From assembly GCA_031551935.1 (NCBI GenBank), contig JAVBMZ010000076.1, positions 1 to 58,389 on the forward strand: a DNA stretch of 58,389 nt, given 5' to 3'. Under the pieces are notes generated by a model. It worked only from the letters and a program-made list of their open reading frames with translations, did not search any database and had not been told where the DNA came from. The DNA is from Bacteroidales bacterium (lineage in GTDB: Bacteria > Bacteroidota > Bacteroidia > Bacteroidales > UBA4181). Of the stretch, positions 40,406-50,200 are shown one piece after another (position 1 is the stretch's first letter; every line of letters starts with the position of its first letter). The position numbers were made by a program, and so were the translations under genes.

Positions 40406-41170
40406 CTATTTAATAATTTTAATACCAACCAAAGCTTCCATCAAACGTAAAGCTTTACTATAATTATTTTTTTCGATTTCATATGCATTCTGAGTTTTTA
40501 TAAAAGTTTCAGCAGATTGGGTATAATCTTTCAGGGATATTTTATTCCCAGCATAATCCATCTTGGCTTGATCAAACGTCATACTGGCTGACGATAATAG
40601 TTCTATTTGTAGATCTAATGTTTTCTGTTGTGTAAGCAAGTCATAATAAGCAGTAATTACCAATTGTCTTATATTATTTTCTATTATTTCCTTTTGAGCT
40701 CTGGCTTGCTCAATATTAATTTTTGCCTCCTGCCGAGGTAACTTACGATTCAAAACTTCGGAAATAGGCATTCTCATATTAAGACCTACCCCATACCTAA
40801 CCGAGGGTCTCTCCTGATCAGAATAATCAATCAAGACCTGTTCAGTAGAAAAATAAAAATCGCTACCATAACGCGCATCTCCCTGTAAATAAATCCATTT
40901 CATCCAATCTTTATTCAATTGCTTCAATTCGTATTGACTCAATAATATGGTATTATCAGCTATTCTCATTGCTGGAGAATGAATCAATGCCGAATCAATC
41001 AATGCCCCTAATGAAGGCAACATTTTAGAAAAATCGCTGTCTTCATTTGTTGCATCTCCTGATATTGATTGAGCATATATATCCCCTATTAACATTATGG
41101 AAACAAAGAATATGGAAAGTACAATTCGCATGGTGGTATGACAATGATCTTTACTCATTATATTATACAT
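40406..41170 (-). CDS. Half-size TolC-like outer-membrane protein (a single OEP repeat)
   Basis: 254 aa (likely start 41131, MRIVLSIFFVSIMLIGDIYAQS signal). ALIDSALIHSPAMRIADNTILLSQYELKQ ... YGVGLNMRMPI ... IRQLVITAYYDLLTQQKTLDL ... YSKALRLMEALVG follows the helix-strand-strand-helix pattern of one TolC/OEP repeat. Confidence 0.55.
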   Translation of the reverse strand: MYNIMSKDHCHTTMRIVLSIFFVSIMLIGDIYAQSISGDATNEDSDFSKMLPSLGALIDSALIHSPAMRIADNTILLSQYELKQLNKDWMKWIYLQGDARYGSDFYFSTEQVLIDYSDQERPSVRYGVGLNMRMPISEVLNRKLPRQEAKINIEQARAQKEIIENNIRQLVITAYYDLLTQQKTLDLQIELLSSASMTFDQAKMDYAGNKISLKDYTQSAETFIKTQNAYEIEKNNYSKALRLMEALVGIKIIK

Positions 41171-42374
41171 CTGATTTTTGAAACATTACTGGAATCGTTC
41201 TCAATAGAATAAATATGTCTCCAAAAAAAGAATTTTTATGAGCGTACATATTATCTAAAATAAATCTTTCTTCTTCTGACATAAAACCACCACGTCCACG
41301 AAGTTCCACTTGCCAAAGGCCAGTAAGCCCTGCAGCTGCACGAAATCTTCGCGACCACCGTGATTTTGTAATAGCATGCGCCTCATACACAGGTAATGGT
41401 CGATTGCCAACAATAGACATGTCGCCTTTCAATACATTAAACAATTGGGGTAACTCATCAATACTGGTATTACGAATAAACCGTCCCACCTTAGTGATAC
41501 GAGGATCATTTTGTATTTTCAGAAATGCCTTCTGTGCATTTTGCCGTTTCAGGGCCAAGCGTTCACAAATACGTTCACCATCATAGTAATATGCAGGTGA
41601 ACATAACTCGCCTTCAGACAACTTAGCACAGACAGAACAAACTAGTTCTACAGCATCATCCTGAGTCGCATATTGGTTGAGGTGTGCTACTTCTTTTAAC
41701 CGTCTATCAGCATCAGGGTACATGGACCTGAATTTGTAAAAATCAAAGGTTTTGTAATTAGCACCTACGCGTTTCGATTTATAAATCACTGCACCTCTTG
41801 ATTCAAGCCGAATAGCTATAGCCGTAAAAATCAGAATCGGCGACAACACCAAAAGTGCTATAAATGCTACAGAGATATCAAAAGCCCGTTTTATGAATGA
41901 TGTCTTATAGGGACGCATAAATTCTTCATCATTATCCTTTGCCTGATATTGATGTATAGATCTAGCATCTTGAAGATAAGCAATACGGTCATATATCAAT
42001 CGGTCGTCGATCGGTTTATTCAAGCATCCTTTAATACCTATCGATAAAGCCCTTTGTTTCAAATAATTATTTCGTTGCGTAGCAATTAGAATAAAAACAA
42101 GCCCCGTATTTAGGCCTGTTTTTTTCATTTCCTGAAACAATGCCATGCCATTCAACCCAGGTAGATTGGTTTCGCATACAATAGCATTAATATCACAACT
42201 GCGCTGAAGTCTATCCTGCTGAATAAATGCCTTAAAAGAACCATTGGTCAACCATTTGAACGCCATTAAACCATTAGTCTCATGATAAACCTCAAATAAA
42301 GAATTTGCTTTAAGACAGTCGAGCACTGTAGGATCATCGCCTATATATAATATTTTGAATGGAGTTTGGTCCAT
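41163..42374 (-). CDS. Receiver-domain-fused initiating phosphoglycosyl transferase (bacterial sugar transferase, WbaP/EpsL-type C-terminal domain)
   Basis: 403 aa. Residues ~5-135 are CheY-like (ILYIGDDP...AIVCETNLPGLNG...LNKP). Then a TM helix (ISVAFIALLVLSPILIFTAIAI), YKSKRVG, FYKFRSM, DPRITKVGRFIRNTSIDELPQLFNVLKGDMSIVGNRP. Confidence 0.85.
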   Translation of the reverse strand: MDQTPFKILYIGDDPTVLDCLKANSLFEVYHETNGLMAFKWLTNGSFKAFIQQDRLQRSCDINAIVCETNLPGLNGMALFQEMKKTGLNTGLVFILIATQRNNYLKQRALSIGIKGCLNKPIDDRLIYDRIAYLQDARSIHQYQAKDNDEEFMRPYKTSFIKRAFDISVAFIALLVLSPILIFTAIAIRLESRGAVIYKSKRVGANYKTFDFYKFRSMYPDADRRLKEVAHLNQYATQDDAVELVCSVCAKLSEGELCSPAYYYDGERICERLALKRQNAQKAFLKIQNDPRITKVGRFIRNTSIDELPQLFNVLKGDMSIVGNRPLPVYEAHAITKSRWSRRFRAAAGLTGLWQVELRGRGGFMSEEERFILDNMYAHKNSFFGDIFILLRTIPVMFQKSDV

Positions 42375-42378
42375 AATT

Positions 42379-42786
42379 TTATATCCCTATACGACTCAAA
42401 AAACGTTCGCGAACTTCCAAACGACGTTTGATACGAGCTATTACTTCGCTGGGATTAAATGGCTTAACAACATAATCCTCTGCTCCCAATTCAAAGCATC
42501 TGATTTTATCTTTACTCCATTCCCGCCCCGAAAGAATCATAATTGGAATGTCATCAAAAAAACCGCTACTTTTGATTCTTTCCAAAAATTCGAATCCGTT
42601 TAATTCAGGCATTACTAAATCGCATATAATCAGATCTGGAAAATTACCTGCCTCCAAATAATCGAGCCCCTCCTGTCCATTAGACAAAGAAATTACATCA
42701 AACTCTTGTTTAAGAGTATTTTCAATAATAAATCGAATACTTTTCTCGTCGTCTATAACTAAAATTTTCTTTTTGGCCATAACCAA
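42379..42786 (-). CDS. Stand-alone CheY-like response regulator (receiver only)
   Basis: 135 aa. ILVIDDE, PDLIICDLVMPELNG (acceptor Asp), IMILSG, VVKPF. All canonical receiver residues are present and there is no output domain. Confidence 0.9.
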   Translation of the reverse strand: MVMAKKKILVIDDEKSIRFIIENTLKQEFDVISLSNGQEGLDYLEAGNFPDLIICDLVMPELNGFEFLERIKSSGFFDDIPIMILSGREWSKDKIRCFELGAEDYVVKPFNPSEVIARIKRRLEVRERFLSRIGI

Positions 42787-42817
42787 ACTAGCCTTTGATC
42801 GTAATATTTTTTATAAA

Positions 42818-42825
42818 CAAATATA
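42818..42825 (-). promoter_or_regulatory. Candidate -7 box (TATATTTG on the minus strand) for the EPS operon
   Basis: The + strand caaatata is the reverse complement of TAnnTTTG, ~32 nt upstream of the regulator ATG (42786). Confidence 0.3.
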
Positions 42826-43192
42826 ATGCCTCAATACTTAATATCATATTATAATATACGAAAGAAATGCTAAAAAGTTTTCTTTTTCTCTAACACTAAT
42901 TTTTGTAATTAGGGTGTTTTCAAACGACACTATGTTATTAGATAGAAAAGTATGTTTGTTCTGATATTATTTTTGGAACAACAAAGGTACATACTTCTCT
43001 TAAATATGTGTCAATACTTCTTTAAAAACACTTGATTTTATATTTGTATTCTTGACCATTTTTTATATGTTTGCTACGAAAGTGAAGGAAGGTTTATTGG
43101 TAAATAATCAAGTAGGGATTATGCAACTTATCCTTGTTCTGAGATACACAGTACTTTCCAAACACTATCATAAATATTCAACATCAACATAT

Positions 43193-44179
43193 ATGAAAAT
43201 CCTTATAACCGGAGCAAGTGGATTTATTGGTAGTTTTATCGTGAACGAAGGCCTAAATAGAGGTTATGATGTATATGCCGGCATTCGTTGCACTAGTAGT
43301 CTTCAATATTTACCGAAAGATATCAAAACAGTAGAACTTAGCTTTGATAACAAAGATTTGTTGAAATCAGAATTAAGTACTCTTGGTCGGTTTGACTATA
43401 TCATCCATAATGCAGGAGTCACCAAATGCAATCATAAAACGGATTTTGATAAGGTAAATTACGGATATACCCGCAATTTTGTAGAAGCATTAACCGAAAG
43501 CAATGCTGTACCAAAAAAGTTTCTATTTGTCAGCAGTATGGCTGCCTTTGGGCCTGGAGATCCCAAAACATTAGAACCTGTCAAACTTACAGATGTGCCT
43601 AAACCAGACACTCTCTACGGGAAAAGCAAACTCAAAGCTGAAGAATTCATTATGTCACAACTTGGATTTCCTTACATATTTATCAGACCAACAGGAGTTT
43701 ATGGACCAAGGGAAAAGGACTATTTTGTATTTTTGAAGACCATTAATAATCACCTGGAACCAGCTATGGGTACCAAGAAACAGCATCTTACTTTCATTTA
43801 TGTTACCGATTTAGTGAATGTTATGTTTTCAGCATTAGAATCTGAATACTATCAAAAGGCATGGTTCGTTTCCGATGGTAAGGTTTATGATAACCGTGAA
43901 TACGCAAACATCGTAAAAAAACATTTAAACCGAAAAACCCTATATTTACCTGTACCGCTATTTTTGGTTAAAGCTATTTCTTACACTTTAGATTTCATTG
44001 GCGGGTTGTTCGGCATATCTCCTACGCTCAATAAAGATAAATACAAAATTATGCGTGCTACTAATTGGAAATGTGACGTAGAACCTTTACAACAAGAATT
44101 GGGTTTTAAAGCCCTATACGATCTGGATAAAGGGATTGAAGCATGTGTACAATGGTACAAAACAGAACATTGGCTCTAA
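43193..44179 (+). CDS. NAD-dependent epimerase/dehydratase (extended SDR)
   Basis: MKILITGASGFIGSFI (GxxGxxG) at 43193, and YGKSK (YxxxK catalytic motif). The 47 codons upstream in the track ORF look like non-coding leader. Confidence 0.85.
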   Translation: MKILITGASGFIGSFIVNEGLNRGYDVYAGIRCTSSLQYLPKDIKTVELSFDNKDLLKSELSTLGRFDYIIHNAGVTKCNHKTDFDKVNYGYTRNFVEALTESNAVPKKFLFVSSMAAFGPGDPKTLEPVKLTDVPKPDTLYGKSKLKAEEFIMSQLGFPYIFIRPTGVYGPREKDYFVFLKTINNHLEPAMGTKKQHLTFIYVTDLVNVMFSALESEYYQKAWFVSDGKVYDNREYANIVKKHLNRKTLYLPVPLFLVKAISYTLDFIGGLFGISPTLNKDKYKIMRATNWKCDVEPLQQELGFKALYDLDKGIEACVQWYKTEHWL

Positions 44180-44219
44180 AGCTGAAAAATATGATATAGT
44201 TTACTTTCTAAAACTTTTT

Positions 44220-47200
44220 CTATTCCCAGTTGGGTAGTCGATATATTGGACCTGTATCTATTGACGGTACAACCATAATATCCAAAGTTCCTATTTCGCT
44301 GCTGCATCCATTGGCTACCACTGTCACACTGATAGTTCCACTGATAGATCCCGGCATGACACTGATGATACGGCTATCAGGATCTGAGGAGATGATTGTC
44401 CAACCGGCAGGAAGTGCCCAAATATAGGTCGCACCGGGAACATCTGTAGCCATATAAGTTACTTGCTGTCCAACACATACAGATGATGAACCTGTTATAT
44501 TCGGAGTTGCTGGTCTCTGACGTACTTCAATAGGTAATACACTTTCTTTGCCTACCCCACACAACAAGCTGGTTCCTTTGACAGTAATAGCGCCGGATTG
44601 TGCCGTAACTGGCCAATATACTGATATTTTATTCGTATTACTACCGCTTTCGATGCTGGCACCTATAGGAAGCGTCCATTCGTAACCATCAACAGTCATG
44701 GCAGGAATACTGTATTCAATATGTTCCGATGGCACACAGATAATATCAGGGCCACTGATAGCACCTGCATCTTCTATCTTGCTCAATACGGTTACCACTG
44801 ATGGTTCGGAATATGTTTCGTCACAATTACCTGCTTTTATTACTGCACGATACCATACTTCTCCCATATCATTTAAAGTGTTGAGTAAAATATCTTCTGT
44901 GACGAATATGTCTTTCCATGTAAAACCTTTGTCAGTACTACTTTGCCAACGAACAATCTTTCCAAGGTATTCTTTTGCTATCAATTCGAACGTTTTACCC
45001 GGACAGGATGTAAGTGTAGCAGGTGTCACTTTACCTCCGGTAGTCGACGAAATAACATCTACGGAAAGTATTTGAGAATAAGCGTTTGAACACTCACTCA
45101 TGGCTACCTCGGCACGGTATTCCCATTTACCACCTTCGGGAGGCGTCATGGCAATGACATCATTAGTTTCGAGAACATCTGTCCATGTAGTGGTTATGGT
45201 AGTATTACGTTGTTGCCATCTCACCACCTCGCCCTTGTATTCTTCAAGATATAACATGAAACTTTTGCCGGAGCATACATATTCGCTCGCATTGGTGGTA
45301 ACCATGCCGCCTACTGCAACAGGCAGTACGACAATTTCAGCCAATTTGGAATATTCAGGACCGCGATCTCCATTAAAAACTCTGACACGGTATTGCCATC
45401 TCCCCGAGAAACGCGGACTAACTGTGATGATATTTTGGTTTTTCACCGTATTGAAAGTGGTCCAATCGCTAACTACTGTTCCGTCTTCTTCCAGATAACG
45501 GATATCCCAAGCTGCAATACTTGTTTTATAATCCTGAGCCCTCAGTACTACTGTGGCGTCTTGACAGATTGTACTCAACGCAGGAGTAATGGAACCACCT
45601 ACAGGCCTATCACTGGTATCATCTTCCGGTATATTTTTGGATTCAAACGGAATGTCATGGGTAATCGCCCATTTGCCATCGCGATTAAGGGCACGCACAT
45701 ACAGGACATGTTGTCCGAGATCGATACCTGTTAGATCGACATCGAAAGATTTGTCAACATTCCGGTCTGGTGATGGTTCAATCGGCTTGCCTTTACCAAA
45801 GCCAGGATCGGTATCGACAAAATACTCGATGCGGACGATATCTGGGACTCCTTTGATAGCAGGTATTTTGATAAAAGCATTATAGTGTGTGACACTCCAG
45901 CTATTGTCTTCATTAATAGCTCTTATAAATAAGATATGTAATCCGTCGGATAGAGTACTTGTCGGAACAAGAAACTTACGGCTGGCCTTTTCTACTGTCG
46001 GACTGATGGCGATCATATGCCCCATACCAAATCCAGGATCCCTGTCAAAGAAATATTCCAAGGCTTTCACTTTGGATATTTTTGTTTCTTCCATATCCAC
46101 CACCTGTACACTGATGTCCTGAGTGATGCTCCACTTATTGAACTCGTCAAGTGCGCGGACATACAGGGTGTGTGATCCGGAAGTAAGCATATCGGCAGTA
46201 ATTGTGAGACTGGCGGTATAGTCTTTCGCAGATGGGCTAATAGCTACGCTCTTACCTTTCCCAAACCCCGGATCAGTATCAATGAAATATTCTACTGCAA
46301 CAACGTTTGGACGCACCCTGACGGTTGATTTGATGAATGACCGGAATTGCGTAATACTCCAATTTCCCTTGCTATCCTTAGCCCTAATATAAAGTTGATG
46401 TATTCCATCATCGATGGCTGTAAGCGAAATGGCAAAAGTACGAGTGACTTTGTTAGCTACCGTAAATGGAGGTATAGCATGAGCATTACCAAAGCCCGGA
46501 TCATGGTCCATAAACCATTCGATGGCAATGACATCCGATATAGTTGCTATATCAACCTTCATGAAACCAATATTATGAGTAATACTCCATTTTCCGGCAT
46601 CGTCAAGCGCCCTTACGTAGAGTGTATGAAATCCCTCAGATACATTGTCTACATTTACATGAGCACCTGTCAAACTGCCACGAGTCGCTTTTCCAAACCC
46701 AGGATCCTGATCAATAAAGTATTCAATAGCAACTGGGTTAGGTATGATACGTTGTTCTACCTTGATAAATTGATTATATTGCGTCTGACTCCAATGTCCT
46801 AATGTATCCTGAGCACGAACATAGAAAGTATGCAATCCCGGCAAAGTGTTTGCTGGAAGCTGTGCTGTGAATGATTTGATGACCTGTGTTCCCGATATGG
46901 GGATCATGGTTCCTTTCCCAAAACCACGATCTTCATCAAAGAAATATTCAATATAAGCTAAATCGGATGTTAATAATTCACCTACAGAACGTTTGATAAA
47001 AGAGATATCCTGAGTAATACTCCACATACCGGATTTATCCAGTGAACGAATATACAAAGTATGTCCCCCGTCAAGTAGATTCTCGGTTTCCACAACAAAT
47101 GCCGGATTCATGTTATTTCCTGTAAGCGGGATGCTTCGTCCGGATCCGAATCCCGGATCGGTATCCACAAACCATTCCAGACGTGCTAATTCGGTATAAT

Positions 47201-50200
47201 CTCTTGTAGAATGCACTTTTACAAAATTTTGATATTGGGTGATACTCCAAGAGCCCTTATTATCCTTCGCACGGATAAACAAGGTATGCATACCTTCATT
47301 TAATCCAGAAACAGGTATATTGATTTTAGCGGTAACCTGTTTGCCAGGCGTAACCGGAACAACGGTATTCTGGCCAAAACCCTTATCTGTATCGATAAAA
47401 TATTCCAGAGCTTCTACTTCGTTCAATTTAACAACATAGAAAGGCTGATATTGTGTGATACTCCAGGCATCAGTATCATTTTTTGCCCTAACATAGAAGT
47501 TATGCCATCCCTCGTTTAATGCCGATATATCAACAGTGAATGTTTCTATAACAACGCGTTGAGGCGTAGCATAAGTGAATCGCTGTGATGCAGGCACCTT
47601 ACCAAAACCTGGATCATCATTTTCATCATCGCCAATAAACCATTCAATGGCAGCGACATCTGCGATTTGGCGTGTGTCTTCATAACGCACAAAAGTAATG
47701 TCCTGCGTGATACCCCAATGATTCTTATCATCCAAAGCACGGATATACAATGTATGCAAACCATCTGTTAAATTGGCAGCATCAATGAACACAAAAGCAT
47801 GTGTTATTTCTGTTCCTGAAATACCGATTTGCTGACCTGCACCAAAACCGGGATCAGTATCAATGAAATATTCTAATGCGACAAGATTGGCGGGTGTTTG
47901 TTGTGTTGTTTTCAGGAAAGTGAACCGTTGGGAAATACTCCATTTTCCCAGATTATCCCTCACACGCACATACATGGTATGTATACCGTCAGATGTGCCG
48001 GACAAGTCAACAGGCACCGTTTGAGAAATTTGTGATGACGGAGTAACAGCGGTCAGATTTGGTGATTTGCCAAAGCCGGGATCAGTGTCGACAAACCATT
48101 CATAAGCGACAATGTTACGTAATATATTTTCTTCCAGCCTAATAAACGAGAAGTCTTGGGTAATTCCCCAACGTCCGTTTTCGTTCTTTGCACGGATGTA
48201 CAAGGTATGCATTCCTGGCAAAAGTGCAGTGGTATTGATGGGAATATTGACTGTACTTGACGTAACCGTCACAGGATTAGCCAGTCCAAATCCAGGATCG
48301 GAATCAATAAACCATTCCATGGCAACAGTATGGGAGGCATGGTGTTTCGATGCCTTAATGAACTGTTGTATTTGCGTAATACTCCATGAGCCCAAATTAT
48401 CTTTTACTCTCACGTATATGGTATGAATTCCGTCTGCCAATAACGAACTATTGACTTGAACAGTTTTCATTATGCTGGTTCCTACCGTTATAGGGATGTC
48501 GATTCCTGCGCCAAATTCTTTCCATTCATCAATGTAATATTCTGCCTTCACAATATTTTTGACCTTGATTTCCTCAAGTCTTATGAAAGTAACATCTTGT
48601 GTAATACTCCATTCATTGTTTTCATCACGAACGCGCACATATAAGGTATGTAAACCGGGTAATTTATTGGTAAGATCAACATTAAAAGTTTTGTCAATCG
48701 TGGTTGATGGAGTAATGCTTACCTGATTTGCCTTGCCAAAACCCGGATCGGTATCGATAAAATATTCCATACCCAACATTTTGCGATCGCGCATTACTTT
48801 CACTACATTGAAAGTAGCATATTGTGTAATGCTCCATTCATTTTCCATTCCTTTGGCACGAACATAAAGCGTATGTATACCAGGGGCAAATCCGGTTAAA
48901 GGAACATAAGCAGTCACCACAGCATGATCGTCTCCGTATGGAATAGGCATGGCTGTTGCACTTCCAAAGCCTGGATCAGTATCGATGAAGTATTCCAAAG
49001 CGGCTAATCCCGGCTGTTTAGTAATATCTATTACCTCAAAATCAAGCGAATGAGTGATACTCCATTGTCCGTTTCCATTTAATGCGCGAACATACAAGGT
49101 ATGTGTCCCAGAATTCATATGATCGGGTAATGTAACATTGAATAGCCTATTAATTTCTGTTGCTGCGCTAATGGTTACCTTTTTTGCCTTACCAAATCCA
49201 GGATCTATGTCAATGAACCATTCCATACTGACAACCGACGGAATCGGTTTGATTTCTATCCGCATGAATGTAGAACTTTGCGTATGACTCCATTTGCCTG
49301 TATTATCTAACGCCCGTACATACACAGCATGAAGTCCGGACTTCAGGGTATCTACATTGACTGTAATACGTTGCCGTACACTCTGATCGGGTGTTTGAGT
49401 CGCTACATAGTTCGCATTGCCAAATCCGGGATCTTTATCAACAAAATATTCAAAAGCGACGATACTCTTGATTCCTTCAAACCTTGGAATACCTGTATTA
49501 AATATCGAAATATCCTGGGTATGGCTCCATTGTCCAAGACTATTCATCCCTCGCACATACAATGTATGAGCGCCTTCGGGGACTGTATCGAGTTCGATGA
49601 AGAATCTATGATTGACGTCCACACTCCTGTTCGGAATATTGACCATAGTGGCATTGCCAAACCCGGGATCGTCATCCAAGAAATATTCCAAAGCCACAAT
49701 ATCTGGAAATCCGTACAGGCGTGGGTTTTCGACTATTACTAAATTAATATCCTGTGTAATTGTCCAGAATCCCTGATCATCACGAGCACGAATGTACAAT
49801 GTATGAATGCCTGACCAAATGTCATCAGTAGGTATAAACACCTGTTGATAAACATCTTCACCTATGTTGTTGATCGGTATATTTTTACCTTTACCAAATC
49901 CGGGATCGGTATCAATAAAATATTCCAGGTATGAGACTTTTTTACTGACATTCAATGGAATATCAGTGCTAAAAAAACTGATATCTTGTGTAATAGTCCA
50001 TTTACCGTTGGCATCGGCAGCACGCACATACAACGTATGCGGTCCATTATCAATTCCGCTTAAACTAATATCAAAAGATGTACCTGTATTGATTCCCGTT
50101 GGAACAGACAATTGATTTGCTTTTCCAAAACCGGGATCAACATCGATAAACCATTCCATGCGACTGATTTCAGCCAGTTGGTAGTCAGCAGGTATCGCAG

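Noticed and set aside
42787-43192. Search for a Bacteroidales-style invertible promoter (flanking inverted repeats) or UpxY/UpxZ genes at the head of the EPS operon
   Set aside because: Only a weak 6-bp inverted pair (TTGTTC...GAACAA near 42955-42985) was found. There is no recombinase gene nearby and no NusG-like UpxY gene.
43052-43192. N-terminal 47-codon extension of the SDR epimerase ORF in the track
   Set aside because: The extension (MTIFYMFATKVKEG...) precedes the canonical MKILITGASGFIG N-terminus, which normally starts within a few residues of the initiator Met. It looks like translated leader sequence.
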